NCBI GenBank assembly: GCA_963745025.1
Contig: CAVUWD010000013.1
Span: 224,001 to 288,000 of the forward strand
DNA length: 64,000 bases
DNA from: an uncultured delta proteobacterium
GTDB lineage: Bacteria; Desulfobacterota; Binatia; JACPRU01
Direction of reading: 5' to 3'
Both the position numbers and the translations under genes were made by a program. Positions 40,679 to 51,383 of the stretch are shown here, piece after piece (positions within the stretch are counted from its first letter, which is position 1; every line of letters starts with the position of its first letter). The notes below the pieces were generated by a model. It had not been told where the DNA came from, ran no database searches, and saw nothing but the letters and a program-made list of their open reading frames with translations.

Positions 40679-42283
40679 ATGAACGCTGCCGACGTCCTGC
40701 CCGCGGAGTTCAACGCGGCGGCCCATTTCGTCGATCGGAACCTCGCCGAGGGGCACGGCGACCGGCTCGCGTATCTCTGCAGCCAGAGTACAGTCGCCCC
40801 TTCTTCTGCCGGCGAACGCTCGCTTCGTTACCGAGACGTCGCGGAGCTCGCCAACCGTACCGGCAACGCGTTTCGCGAGTTGGGCGTTGGTCTCGAGGAT
40901 CGCGTGCTGATGGTCTGCCTCGACGCCCCCGAGTTCCTCGGAACGTTCTGGGGCGCGATCAAGATCGGAGCGGTTCCGGTGCCGGTCAACACGCTCATGC
41001 GCTGGCGCGACTATGAGTATTTCCTGAACGACAGCCGTGCCAAGGCGATGGTGGTTTCGGCGCCGCTCTTCGCGGAGGTCGCTCCGGCGCTCGGCCAAGC
41101 GCCCGGTCTGAGGCACGTGCTGATCGCGGGAGGCGATGCTCCGGGCTGTCTCTCGTACGAGGCCCTGCTGGAACGCGCCTCGTCTGCGCTCGAGCCGGCG
41201 CGCACCTCGCGCGATGACGTCGCGTTCTGGCTGTATTCGTCGGGCTCGACCGGTTTTCCGAAGGGCGTCGTTCATCTGCAACACGACATGGTGGTCGCCG
41301 CCGAGTGCTATGCCCGCCACGTACTCGGCCTCACCGCGAACGACCGCATCTACTCCGCCGCCAAGCTCTTCTTCGCCTACGGTCTCGGCAATTCGGGCTA
41401 CTTTCCGTTGAGCGTTGGCGCAGAGGCGGTGCTCTATCCCGAGAGGCCGACGGCAGAGCGCGTCTTCGAAGTTCTGAGCCGCCATCGTCCGACGATCTTC
41501 TTCGGCGTGCCGACGCTCTATGCCGGGATGCTGGCGCTCGCGGACGCCGAGAGCCGCTATGATCTCTCCTCGCTCAGGCTATGCGCCTCTGCCGGCGAGC
41601 CTCTTCCCGCCGAGATCTACCGCCGCTGGCTCGATCGCTTCGGCGTCGAGATCCTCGACGGCATTGGCACCACCGAGATCCTGCACATCTTTCTCTCCAA
41701 TCGTCCGCGGGCCGCGCGTCCGGGCTCCTCCGGGGTCCCCGTGCCGGGTTACGAAGTGACGATCCTCGACGAGCAAGGAGCGCCCGTCCGCTCGGGGACG
41801 ATCGGCAACCTGCGCGTCAAGGGCGATTCGACGATGGCCTTCTACTGGAACCAGCACGAGCAAACGAAGGACGCGCTGCGCGGACGGTGGATCGAGACCG
41901 GCGACAAGTACTATCGCGACGAGGATGGCTACTACTGGTACTGCGGTCGCAGCGACGACATGCTCAAGGTGGGCGGCATCTGGGTCTCGCCCGCCGAGGT
42001 CGAGGCGGCCCTCGTCGAGCATCCCGCCGTGCTCGAATCGGCGGTCGTCGGTCGTGACGACCGGGACGGGCTCCTCAAGCCGCAAGCGTTCGTGGTGCTC
42101 AAGGAACGCGCGCTCGCATCGCAGGCGCTCGCCGAGGAGCTCAAGGGATTCGTGAAGAGCCGGCTCGCACCGTACAAGTATCCGCGCTGGATCGACTTCG
42201 TCGACGAGCTTCCGAAGACGGCGACCGGCAAGATCCAGCGCTTCAAGCTGCGTCATCGATCGCCAGAGGAGCGCCCCGTATGA
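40679..42283 (+). CDS. benzoate-CoA ligase family protein
   Basis: FWLYSSGSTGFPKG, KLFFAYGLGN, SAGEPLP, DGIGTTE, ETGDKY, LPKTATGKIQR. Confidence 0.9.
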   Translation: MNAADVLPAEFNAAAHFVDRNLAEGHGDRLAYLCSQSTVAPSSAGERSLRYRDVAELANRTGNAFRELGVGLEDRVLMVCLDAPEFLGTFWGAIKIGAVPVPVNTLMRWRDYEYFLNDSRAKAMVVSAPLFAEVAPALGQAPGLRHVLIAGGDAPGCLSYEALLERASSALEPARTSRDDVAFWLYSSGSTGFPKGVVHLQHDMVVAAECYARHVLGLTANDRIYSAAKLFFAYGLGNSGYFPLSVGAEAVLYPERPTAERVFEVLSRHRPTIFFGVPTLYAGMLALADAESRYDLSSLRLCASAGEPLPAEIYRRWLDRFGVEILDGIGTTEILHIFLSNRPRAARPGSSGVPVPGYEVTILDEQGAPVRSGTIGNLRVKGDSTMAFYWNQHEQTKDALRGRWIETGDKYYRDEDGYYWYCGRSDDMLKVGGIWVSPAEVEAALVEHPAVLESAVVGRDDRDGLLKPQAFVVLKERALASQALAEELKGFVKSRLAPYKYPRWIDFVDELPKTATGKIQRFKLRHRSPEERPV

Positions 42284-42705
42284 AACAGCGGATCATCAAC
42301 CCGACGGCCCTCTCGCGGCCTTCCGGCTTCAGCCACGGGATCCTCGTCGAAGGCGGGCGGATTCTCTTCCTCGCCGGGCAGACCGGCAGCGATGCCACGG
42401 GTCGGATCGCCGATCCGAGCGATCTCGTACGCCAGTTCGACCTGGCGATCGCCAATCTCGGCGCGGTGGTGGGCGATGCCGGAGGCGTGCTCGGGGACGT
42501 GGTGAAGCTCAACGTCTTCGTGCGGAGCCGCGACGACTACGTGGCGAAGCTCAAGCCGCTCGGCGAAGTGTTCCGCAAACACTTCGGCGGCCACTATCCC
42601 GCGATGGCGCTATTCGAGGTGAGTGGGCTCTTCCAGAAAGAGGCGCTCGTCGAGATCGAGGGGATCGCCGTGCTCGGGAGCAAGCCCCCGCGGCGATCCC
42701 GTTAA
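42280..42705 (+). CDS. RidA/YjgF family protein
   Basis: GFSHG, LAGQ, YPAMALFEVSGL, LVEIEG. Confidence 0.88.
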   Translation: MKQRIINPTALSRPSGFSHGILVEGGRILFLAGQTGSDATGRIADPSDLVRQFDLAIANLGAVVGDAGGVLGDVVKLNVFVRSRDDYVAKLKPLGEVFRKHFGGHYPAMALFEVSGLFQKEALVEIEGIAVLGSKPPRRSR

Positions 42706-42988
42706 CAATCCGAAGGTCGACGGCAAACTCCCGAGGACGAAGGACGAGGACGACGGGTGGTACGCTGGTTCGTCTCGAGCGAATCCGCTCATCGTCTTGA
42801 AGGGGGGACTCCACCCGATCGAGCTCGGACTTCTAGAGCAGGTTCCGGGCGACGCCCTGCTGCTCGTTCGGGCTGCTCACGTTGTGTCCAAGAGCGTTTT
42901 GAGACAGGATTTCGGGATAGTGGTGGCCATGGAGCTTGACGCTGGTGTTGCAGTTCGAGGGGAAGGGCCTCCTTCGGCTCGCCAAGCG

Positions 42989-44395
42989 ATGAAGCCACGC
43001 GCCACGAGCGGCGTGGGGACGATGGCCTGGCTCGCTCTCCTCGTTTCGCAGTCGATCGCCGGGGCCGAGACGGTGCTTCTCACTCGTGACATCAACCCCG
43101 GCGCGGCTTCCTCGAGCCCGAGTGACTTCGCCGTCGTCGGCGACACGCTCTTCTTCTCCGCGAACGACGGCGTCAACGGCTTCGAGCTCTGGAAGAGCGA
43201 CGGCACCGAGGAAGGCACCGTGCTCGTCGCCGACATCAATCCGCCCGGTGGCCTCGGCTTCGGCCATTCCTCGCCGTCGTCGCCCGTCGCGGTCGGCGCG
43301 GTGCTCTTCTTCGCCGCGAACGACGGGGTCACGGGTCGCGAGCTCTGGAGGAGCAACGGCAGCGCCGAGGGCACGGACCGCGTTCGCGACATCGTTCCTG
43401 GAGCGGTCGGGTCGGATCCCGAGGATCTCCTGGCGGTCGACGGCACGGTCTACTTCTCGGCCATGGGGCCCGGGACGGGACGCGAGCTCTGGAGGAGCGA
43501 CGGCACGCGAGACGGAACCCGGATGGTCGCCGACATCGCTCGCGGGTTCGGCGCCTCCTCAACACCGCGCTTTCTCACGCGCGTCGGCGACGCGATCTTC
43601 TTCTCCGCTCGAAACGCCCGGGGCCGGGAGCTCTGGAAGACCGACGGGAGCGAATCCGGGACCGTGCTCGTCGAGGACATCAATCCGTCGGGCAACTCCT
43701 TCCCCGAGAGCTTGATGGCGGTCGGCGGCCTCCTCTTCTTCGCAGCGAACGACGGCCACCACGGGAAGGAGCTCTGGCGGAGCGATGGCACGCCGCAGGG
43801 CACGAGAATGGTCCGCGACATCGCGCCCGGTACGACGAGCTCCAACCCCGCGGCATTCGCGGTCTTCGGGGAACGTCTCTACTTCTCGGCCTTCGATCCG
43901 GCGCACGGGCGCGAGCTCTGGACGAGCGACGGCACGGGGCCCGGCACGACGCGGGTGAAGGACATCTTTCCGGGTTCCACCAGCTCCGAGGCCGCCGACC
44001 TCGTTCGCGCGGCGGGACGGCTCTTCTTCGCCGCCGCGCATCCCGATCTCGGGACCGAGCTCTGGGCGAGCGACGGGACCCGAGTCGGAACGCAGGTCGT
44101 CGCCGATATCGGGCCGGGCTCGGCGAGCGGTCTCGGCGCGGGCTTCGGCTTCTTCTACCTGACGCGCGTCCCGGGCGGGGTGTACTTCGCCGCCGACGAC
44201 GGCGAGCACGGGACCGAGCTCTGGCGGAGCGACGGCAGCGAGAACGGTACGACTCTCGTCGCCGACATCGCACCCGGCCCCGACGGCGCGCTCGCGCATC
44301 TCGAACCTGTCGGCATCGTTCGCGCCGGGTCGCTGGTCTTCTTCCTCGCCGACGACGGCGAGCACGGCCTCGAGCTCTGGGCGACTCCGCTCTGA
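42989..44395 (+). CDS. secreted ELWxxDGT-repeat beta-propeller protein
   Basis: Eight ELWxx(D/N)G(T/S) repeats plus a terminal ELW; signal-like N-terminus. Confidence 0.88.
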   Translation: MKPRATSGVGTMAWLALLVSQSIAGAETVLLTRDINPGAASSSPSDFAVVGDTLFFSANDGVNGFELWKSDGTEEGTVLVADINPPGGLGFGHSSPSSPVAVGAVLFFAANDGVTGRELWRSNGSAEGTDRVRDIVPGAVGSDPEDLLAVDGTVYFSAMGPGTGRELWRSDGTRDGTRMVADIARGFGASSTPRFLTRVGDAIFFSARNARGRELWKTDGSESGTVLVEDINPSGNSFPESLMAVGGLLFFAANDGHHGKELWRSDGTPQGTRMVRDIAPGTTSSNPAAFAVFGERLYFSAFDPAHGRELWTSDGTGPGTTRVKDIFPGSTSSEAADLVRAAGRLFFAAAHPDLGTELWASDGTRVGTQVVADIGPGSASGLGAGFGFFYLTRVPGGVYFAADDGEHGTELWRSDGSENGTTLVADIAPGPDGALAHLEPVGIVRAGSLVFFLADDGEHGLELWATPL

Positions 44396-44529
44396 GTTGA
44401 AGTTCGCATTACGCACCCTGAGGGATGCGACGTGCTCACCCGCGGGGAAGGAGAGGGGCGCTTCGCGCTCTTGGTCTGCGCGTGTGCGCGCCCGGAGGGC
44501 CCCGAGGACAGCACTGGGGGATAACACCG

Positions 44530-44559
44530 TTGACTCCATCCAAGTTCACCCGCTAGCAT
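44530..44559 (+). promoter_or_regulatory. possible sigma-70 promoter of polysaccharide locus
   Basis: TTGACT-N18-TAGCAT upstream of the first gene. Confidence 0.35.
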
Positions 44560-44645
44560 TGGATGGCTAAGAGAGCGAACGGAGACTTGAGGATGCTCGT
44601 CCAATCGATTCGGTGTCCACCGTACGGTGGACTGAGGAAAAGACC

Positions 44646-46133
44646 GTGAAAGTGCTCATGCTCAACCCGCCGTTCCTGCGGCGTTATTCACGGTCGCAGC
44701 GTAGCCCGGCGGTGATCAAAAGCGGGACTCTCTACTACCCGATCTGGCTCGGGTACGCGACCGGTGTCCTCGAAGAAGCCGGCCATGACGCACGTCTCAT
44801 CGATGCCCCGGCGCGCGGGTACGAGCTCGAATGGGTGAAGGACTTCACCCGGGACTTTCGACCGGACGTCATGGTCCTGGACAGCAGCACGCCGAGCTTC
44901 CAGTCGGACGTGCGCGTCGCTGCGGAGCTCAAGGCCGTCGCTCCCGAAGCACCCGTGGTCTTCGTGGGCAACCACGTCTCCGCAACCGCCGAAGAGTCAC
45001 TCCGCAAGGGCGAGGTGATCGACGTCGTCGCGCGCGAGGAGTACGACTTCACGCTGCGCGAGCTCGTTCCTGTGCTCCACGAGCGCGGGGATCTGAGCAC
45101 GGTGGGGGGCATCTCCTTTCGCCGAGGCTCGGAGATCCGGCACAACCCTCGACGCGAGTACATCTGGGATCTCGACAAGATTCCCTGGGTCAGCAAGGTG
45201 TGGAAGAAGCACCTGGACTATCGCGATTACTTCTACTCGATCACGCAGTACCCGGAGATCACGATCGTCACCTCGCGCGGGTGCCCATATCACTGCTCGT
45301 TTTGCGTGTATCCCCAGGTGATGCACGGTCACAAGTACCGCCGCCGTAGTGCGCAGGACGTCGTGAACGAGTTCTGCTACGTCGAGCGCGAGTTCCCGAA
45401 CGTGAAGGAGATCTTCATCGAGGACGACACCTTCACCATCGATCCGAAATGGCTCCTCGACTTTTCGCAGTGCATGGTCGCCTCCGGTTGCAAGCTCCAG
45501 TGGACCGCGAATTCGCGCGTCGATCTGAAGCCGAACGTGCTGCAGGCGATGAAGCGGGCGAACTGCCGGCTGCTGTGCGTCGGCTTCGAGAGCGGTAACC
45601 AGGAGATCCTCGAGCGCATGCACAAGGGGATCGATCTCGACGAGACGAAGTCGTTCGTCCGAGACGCGCAACAGACCGGCATCATGGTCCACGGATGCTT
45701 CATGTGCGGGAACCCTGGGGAGACGCGCGCGACGTTCGAGCAGACGGTTCAGCTCGCGATGGAGATCAATCCTGACACGGCTCAGTTCTTCCCGATCATG
45801 GTCTATCCCGGCACCGAGACGTACAACTACTACAAGCAGAAGGGCCAGATCCGCAGCGAGAACTACGAGGACTGGATCACTCCCGAGGGCTGGCACAACT
45901 GCGTCGTGAGCACGCCGGATCTGTCGCACGAGGAGATGGTGCGGCTGTGCGACGAGGCGCGAGACCGCTTCTATCTACGACGCGAGTACGTTTGGTCGAA
46001 GCTGAAGCAGGTCTTGCATCACCCGAGCGAGTTCACTCGGGTCAGCATGGCTGCGAAGAACTACTTCCTCAGGTACATGACCAAGCGGTGGAGCCAGCGG
46101 AGTCACCTCGAGCGGTCTCTTCCCGCGGGTTGA
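44646..46133 (+). CDS. B12-binding-domain radical SAM protein (HpnJ/BchE-like) 1
   Basis: N-terminal B12-type Rossmann domain, TSRGCPYHCSFC, IEDDTF, VGFESG, YPGTE. Confidence 0.9.
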   Translation: MKVLMLNPPFLRRYSRSQRSPAVIKSGTLYYPIWLGYATGVLEEAGHDARLIDAPARGYELEWVKDFTRDFRPDVMVLDSSTPSFQSDVRVAAELKAVAPEAPVVFVGNHVSATAEESLRKGEVIDVVAREEYDFTLRELVPVLHERGDLSTVGGISFRRGSEIRHNPRREYIWDLDKIPWVSKVWKKHLDYRDYFYSITQYPEITIVTSRGCPYHCSFCVYPQVMHGHKYRRRSAQDVVNEFCYVEREFPNVKEIFIEDDTFTIDPKWLLDFSQCMVASGCKLQWTANSRVDLKPNVLQAMKRANCRLLCVGFESGNQEILERMHKGIDLDETKSFVRDAQQTGIMVHGCFMCGNPGETRATFEQTVQLAMEINPDTAQFFPIMVYPGTETYNYYKQKGQIRSENYEDWITPEGWHNCVVSTPDLSHEEMVRLCDEARDRFYLRREYVWSKLKQVLHHPSEFTRVSMAAKNYFLRYMTKRWSQRSHLERSLPAG

Positions 46134-46208
46134 CCGGCTCCCCGCCATGTCGTTCTCGCCGGTCGGTCAAGCCGAAGAGCCCTGGGTCGGTCGCTTTAGG
46201 GGAGCGGA

Positions 46209-47174
46209 GTGATCTCGGTCGTGGTGCCAGCGTTCAACGCAGCGGAGACCATCGATTCCTGCCTCGTCGCGCTGGCGAGGCAGACGGTCCCCGAAGACCG
46301 CTACGAGGTGATCGTCGTCGACGACGGCTCGATCGACGGGACCGCCGCGTGCGCGGAAAAGCGCGGGGTTCGGGTCCTGCGTCAGACGAACCAGGGACCG
46401 GCGGCGGCGCGCAATCACGGCGCCCGCGAAGCCCGCGGCGAATTGCTCCTCTTCACCGACGCCGACTGCGTTCCGGCGGCGAACTGGATCGAGGAAATGG
46501 CGAAGCCTTTCGCGAACCCCGAGGTCGCGGGGGTGAAAGGGATCTACCGCACGCGACAGCCCGAGCTGGCGGCGCGCTTCATCCAGGTCGAATACGAGCA
46601 CAAGTACGAGCGCATGCGCCGACGTCGGGAGATCGACTTCGTCGACACGTACTCCGCGGGGTTCCGGCGCGACCTCTTCCTGAGCTACAAGGGCTTCGAC
46701 ACGAGCTTCCCGTCGGCGTCCGTGGAGGACCAGGAGTTCTCGTTCCGTCTCGCGGAGAACGGCCGCAAGATGGTCTTTCAGCCGACCGCGGCCGTGTTCC
46801 ATCGCCACCAGCCCAACTTCGCGGGATACCTGCGCCGCAAGTTCTACGTCGCATACTGGAAGGTGCGCGTGCTGCTGAAGCATCCGAAGAAGGTCGCCGG
46901 CGACGCGCACACGCCCGGGTCGCTGCGGCTGCAGATCGTTCTCACCTATGCCTTCGCCGGAGCCCTGCTCGCGGCCCTCCTCTTTCCCCGGGCGCTCGTC
47001 CTCGCCGGCTTGAGCCTCGCCGCCTTCCTTGCAAGCACGCTGCCGTTCGTCTCCTTTGCTCGAGGCCGCGATCCCTCGGTCGCGCGCCTGGCGCCCGGTC
47101 TGCTGTTCCTGCGCTCGATTGCCTTTTGTGCCGGGCTAGTGGCGGGCGCGTTCGGCCGGATCGCGAGACGATGA
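46209..47174 (+). CDS. glycosyltransferase family 2
   Basis: ISVVVPAFN, VVDDGS, FTDADC, EDQE; C-terminal TMs. Confidence 0.92.
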   Translation: MISVVVPAFNAAETIDSCLVALARQTVPEDRYEVIVVDDGSIDGTAACAEKRGVRVLRQTNQGPAAARNHGAREARGELLLFTDADCVPAANWIEEMAKPFANPEVAGVKGIYRTRQPELAARFIQVEYEHKYERMRRRREIDFVDTYSAGFRRDLFLSYKGFDTSFPSASVEDQEFSFRLAENGRKMVFQPTAAVFHRHQPNFAGYLRRKFYVAYWKVRVLLKHPKKVAGDAHTPGSLRLQIVLTYAFAGALLAALLFPRALVLAGLSLAAFLASTLPFVSFARGRDPSVARLAPGLLFLRSIAFCAGLVAGAFGRIARR

Positions 47175-48232
47175 CCGGCGGCGAACGAAAACGCGTTCTC
47201 GTCTTCGGCGCCCCGGCCGCGGCCGCGACAATCGCTCGACGCTTGGAAGGCGAATATCCGATGCAGTTCGAGTACGTGGGCTTCTCCGACGAGAACGGCC
47301 GCGATGGACGTCCGAGCGGAGGAGAACGGTTCTCGCCCCACGACTTCGACGGCGCCTCGTCGCAGGCGGCGTCTCTCCTCGGCCTCCTCGAGCACACGGG
47401 TGCAGAGGTCGTCTTCTGCGCCGCGCCGCTCCGTTACGCGTCGTTGACCGACGTCACGCTGCGGCTGTCACCGGCGAGCCGGGTCGACTTTCGCCTCCCG
47501 CCAGAGGTGTACGCGCAGACTGTCGAGCCGGTCCGAGCCCCGACCAACGGCTTCTTCGGATCGCTGAGCCTTCGCGAGCCCAATCTCCCGCCTTGGCACC
47601 GACGGCTCAAGCGCGCCATGGACATCGTCCTCTCGCTCCTCATGCTCGTTGCCTGCGCCCCGATCTTCCTGGTGGTTCCGATCCTCATCAAGTTGTTGAG
47701 CCGCGGCCCGGTCTTCCACACGCAAATCCGCGCAGGCCAGAACGGCTATCCATTCCGCCTCTACAAGTTTCGCTCCATGGTCGCGAACGCCGAGCAGCTG
47801 CTCTCGCAGCAGGTCGCACTCGACGCCGGCGGCGAGCCCGTGTTCAAGCTCGTCGACGACCCCCGCGTTACCGCCTTAGGGAAGATACTCCGGCGCACGA
47901 GCATCGATGAGCTACCCCAGATCTTCAACGTGCTGCGTGGCGAAATGAGCTGGGTTGGACCGCGACCGGAGGAGGTGCACATCGTCGAGAAGTACAACGG
48001 CTACCAGCGCCAGCGGCTGCGAGCGCGACCCGGTGTCACGGGCCTACAGCAGATCCGTTGCCGCGGCGTCCCCTCGATGGAGGAACGCATGGTTGACGAC
48101 CTCGAGTACATCGAAACGCAGACGCTCTGGATGGACCTGAAGATCCTCGTGAAGAGCGTCTTCGTGGTGCTGTCGCTCAAGGAAGTCCGCTGGCCGAAGC
48201 GCGCCGCCCGCCGTATGGTCGTGACCCGATGA
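47171..48232 (+). CDS. priming sugar transferase (WcaJ/EpsE family)
   Basis: LKRAMDI, YKFRSM, DPRVT, SIDELPQ, GEMSWVGPRP. Confidence 0.92.
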   Translation: MTGGERKRVLVFGAPAAAATIARRLEGEYPMQFEYVGFSDENGRDGRPSGGERFSPHDFDGASSQAASLLGLLEHTGAEVVFCAAPLRYASLTDVTLRLSPASRVDFRLPPEVYAQTVEPVRAPTNGFFGSLSLREPNLPPWHRRLKRAMDIVLSLLMLVACAPIFLVVPILIKLLSRGPVFHTQIRAGQNGYPFRLYKFRSMVANAEQLLSQQVALDAGGEPVFKLVDDPRVTALGKILRRTSIDELPQIFNVLRGEMSWVGPRPEEVHIVEKYNGYQRQRLRARPGVTGLQQIRCRGVPSMEERMVDDLEYIETQTLWMDLKILVKSVFVVLSLKEVRWPKRAARRMVVTR

Positions 48233-49269
48233 ACGACGCACGTCGCCGGCGCCTCGTCACGGGTAGGGCGCGGTGGCTGGCGGCCGCGCTGACGCTCGCG
48301 GTCCTTTCCGGGTGCTCGGCCCGCCGAGCCCAGTCCGCGAAGGAGATCTCGGCTGCTGCGGCTCCGCCTCCGGGCGAGGCCGCGTTTCAAGAGGCGGGTA
48401 ACCTCTCGATGGCGCAGTCACTCCAAGCGGAGACCCCCGAGGACTATCGCCTGGGCCCGGGCGACACCGTGGAGATCTCGCTCCTCCGCCATCCAGAGTT
48501 CCACGCCGACGTCACGATCGGCCCGACGGGTAACATTCTCTACTACCTCGTGGGCGAAGTCGCGGCACGCGGGCTCACGCTGCTCGAGCTGCGCGAGGCA
48601 CTGCGCAGCCGCCTGACGGCCTTCGTGCGGGAGCCCGAGGTGCTCGTGCGTATCACCGAGTACAGGAGCCAGCGCGTCTACGCGCTCGGGCAGGTGCGCA
48701 ACCCCGGGTTCTACCCCCTGCGCGGCCCGACGACGCTCGTCGAGCTGATGGCCATGGCGGGAGGGTTCACCGACCGCGCGTTCCTGCGCGGCGCGTACCT
48801 GGTGCGGGGCGGCAAGCTGACGATCATCAACTTCCCCGCTCTGTTCGAGAAGGGAAACATGGGGGAGAACGTCCCCGTTCATGCCAACGACATCGTCTTC
48901 ATCCCGGACCAAAACGACCAGAAGGTGTTCCTCCTCGGCGAGGTGAGTCATCCGGCCGCGATCATACTCGAACGCGACCTCACGCTGCTCCAGGCCATCG
49001 CCGTCGCCGGGGGCTTGACCCGGGACAGCGACTGGAAGAGTGTGCTGCTTCTCCGCGGTGGCCTGAGCAACCCGCGCTACGTCGAGCTCGATGTGAAGGA
49101 GATGCTGCGCGGAAAGGACCGCCGCGGTGATCTCCTCCTCGAGCGGGGCGACATCATCTACGTGGCGAGCACGCCGATCACCGACGTCGCGCACTTCATG
49201 GCGCAGATCTCGACGATCCTTTCGCCGATCTTCAACGGCTTCCAGGTCCGCTACGTCATCCGGCCCTAG
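48229..49269 (+). CDS. wza: polysaccharide export lipoprotein (Wza/SLBB)
   Basis: Lipobox LSGC, YRLGPGD, two SLBB repeats. Confidence 0.88.
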   Translation: MNDARRRRLVTGRARWLAAALTLAVLSGCSARRAQSAKEISAAAAPPPGEAAFQEAGNLSMAQSLQAETPEDYRLGPGDTVEISLLRHPEFHADVTIGPTGNILYYLVGEVAARGLTLLELREALRSRLTAFVREPEVLVRITEYRSQRVYALGQVRNPGFYPLRGPTTLVELMAMAGGFTDRAFLRGAYLVRGGKLTIINFPALFEKGNMGENVPVHANDIVFIPDQNDQKVFLLGEVSHPAAIILERDLTLLQAIAVAGGLTRDSDWKSVLLLRGGLSNPRYVELDVKEMLRGKDRRGDLLLERGDIIYVASTPITDVAHFMAQISTILSPIFNGFQVRYVIRP

Positions 49270-49302
49270 TAGCGGAAACGCGCCGCACGAAAGGACGCAT
49301 AG

Positions 49303-51366
49303 ATGGAGCTCCAGCAGATTCTCGACATTCTGCGCCGCCGGAAGCGGATGGCTCTGCTGACGTTCCTGGTGGTCACGGTGACCGCGATGGGGATCACCTT
49401 TCTCCTCACGCCGACGTACACGGCGTCGAGCAAGATCTACATCAAGCCGGTGACGGAGGTCGCCGCCAGCCTGAAGATCCCCGTCCTGACCGAAGTGGCC
49501 TCCCTGCTCACCCAGAGCAGCGACGCCGACGTCGGCATGGGGCTCGCGCTGTCGCGGCCGTTGATGGACCGCATGGCGTCCACGCTCCAACTGCGCAACG
49601 ACGTCGGAGACGTGCGTAAGGCGGACGACTTGATCGTTTCGACCCTGCTTTATCCGCTCTTCCCGAAGCCCCTCGTCGAGATCATCAAAATCCCGGCAAC
49701 GAGCCTCCTCCAGCTCTTCGTATACGACACCGATCCGCAAGAGGCCGCGTTGATGGCCACAACGCTGGCCGACCTCATGGTCGAGGAGAGCCGCCAGGAC
49801 ACCCGCGCGGAATACCGGAGCGCGCTCACCTTCGTGGAAGAGCAAATCCAGGGCGTCAAGGGCCAGTACGACGCCGCGCTCGACGCGGTCCGACGCTTCC
49901 AGGAGGAGCATCAGACCGTGAACCTGGGCACCGAGAAACAGCTCGCAGCCGACGAATTCGCGGGTCTCCTGAAGCAGAAGGAGAGCGACCTGGTCCAGAT
50001 GGCGCAGGCGCGCGTCAAGCTCGAGACCATTCGAAGCCAGACGCAAAGGCCGTCCGGGGAGGGTGTCGCGACGTTCGTTCTCGACGAGAACCCCCAGGTA
50101 CGAGCGCTGAAGGAGCGCCTTTCGACCCTCGAGGTCGAGCTCGCGGCCGCCCTCACCGAGTTCACGGAGGCTGCTCCTCAGGTAAAGGTGCTCCGCCAGG
50201 AGATCGCTCGCGTCCGCAGCGAGCTGCCGAAGGAGCTACAGGTGCAGCAGGCGACGGGCGTCGCAGCCGCGACGCTCGAGCGCGAGATCGATGGCCTCGG
50301 GGCGCACCTCACCGGCGTGGACGCCGCCATCGACAAGCTCGTCGGCTCGTCGTTTCGCGGATTGCCCGCAAAGTCCGCCGAGCAGGCACGGCTCGATCTC
50401 GCGGTGAGCGCCACCGAGCGCGTGTACGAGTCCCTGCTCGAATACCGAAACCAGATCGGCGTGGCCGAGGCGTCGGTGCTGTCGAACATCCGGGTTGTCA
50501 ATCCGGCCGTCGCGCCGCTCTGGCCGACGAGCCCGAACAAGCTCTTGAACCTGGCGGTCGCATTGGCTCTCGGCGCGTTCCTGGGCATGGGCCTGGCATT
50601 CCTCCAGGAGACCCTCGACGACTCGTTGAGGAGGCCCGGGGACCTCGAGCTTGGGCCGACGAAGGGGCTCCCGGTGCTGGCCACGATCCCGCGCTTTCGC
50701 GGCGCCGACGCCGCTTCGATCGCCTCGCTGCCCCCAGCCGCCCCGCCTTGCGAGGCCTATCGAGCGCTGCGCCACGCTCTCGAGTTCGCGAGCCCCGAGC
50801 GGCCCCTAAAGCGGCTCCTCTTCACCAGCGCCTGGGCCGGGGAAGGCAAGACGACCACCGTCGCCAACCTCGGCGTCACCCTCGCGCGCGACCACAAGCG
50901 CGTGCTGCTGGTGGACGCCGACCTGCGTCAGCCCGGCCTCGATCTCTTCTTCCACGGCCAGCCGGCACAGCTCGGGCTGGGCGACGTCCTCGCGGGCGTA
51001 GCCGAGCTCGACGAGGTGATCCGTAAGACCGACATCGAAGGTCTGCACCTCCTGCCCGGCGGTCGGCCGCCGGTCGATCCCGCGGAACTGATCGAGTCGA
51101 GCCGTCTCCGCGAGGTGATCGAGACCGTCTCTGCGCGCTTCGACGTCGTGCTGATCGACAGCCCGCCGGCGCTCCTCGTGAACGACGCCCTGATCCTCGG
51201 GGGAGCCGTCGACGGCGTGGTCGCCCTCTTCCAGAGCGGAGGCGTTTCGCGGGAGGACGCTTTGGCGTTATGCGAGCGCTTGCGGCGCGCGAGGGTGCCA
51301 TTGGTCGGCGCGGTGCTCACCAAGTTCGCCCCCCAACGGGGATCGGCTCCGCATGGCTACTATTGA
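49303..51366 (+). CDS. wzc: polysaccharide co-polymerase / tyrosine kinase (Wzc-like)
   Basis: Two TMs, coiled coil, PTSPN, GEGKTT, LVDADLR, LIDSPP. Confidence 0.88.
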   Translation: MELQQILDILRRRKRMALLTFLVVTVTAMGITFLLTPTYTASSKIYIKPVTEVAASLKIPVLTEVASLLTQSSDADVGMGLALSRPLMDRMASTLQLRNDVGDVRKADDLIVSTLLYPLFPKPLVEIIKIPATSLLQLFVYDTDPQEAALMATTLADLMVEESRQDTRAEYRSALTFVEEQIQGVKGQYDAALDAVRRFQEEHQTVNLGTEKQLAADEFAGLLKQKESDLVQMAQARVKLETIRSQTQRPSGEGVATFVLDENPQVRALKERLSTLEVELAAALTEFTEAAPQVKVLRQEIARVRSELPKELQVQQATGVAAATLEREIDGLGAHLTGVDAAIDKLVGSSFRGLPAKSAEQARLDLAVSATERVYESLLEYRNQIGVAEASVLSNIRVVNPAVAPLWPTSPNKLLNLAVALALGAFLGMGLAFLQETLDDSLRRPGDLELGPTKGLPVLATIPRFRGADAASIASLPPAAPPCEAYRALRHALEFASPERPLKRLLFTSAWAGEGKTTTVANLGVTLARDHKRVLLVDADLRQPGLDLFFHGQPAQLGLGDVLAGVAELDEVIRKTDIEGLHLLPGGRPPVDPAELIESSRLREVIETVSARFDVVLIDSPPALLVNDALILGGAVDGVVALFQSGGVSREDALALCERLRRARVPLVGAVLTKFAPQRGSAPHGYY

Positions 51367-51383
51367 TTCCTGAGGACTCCGCG

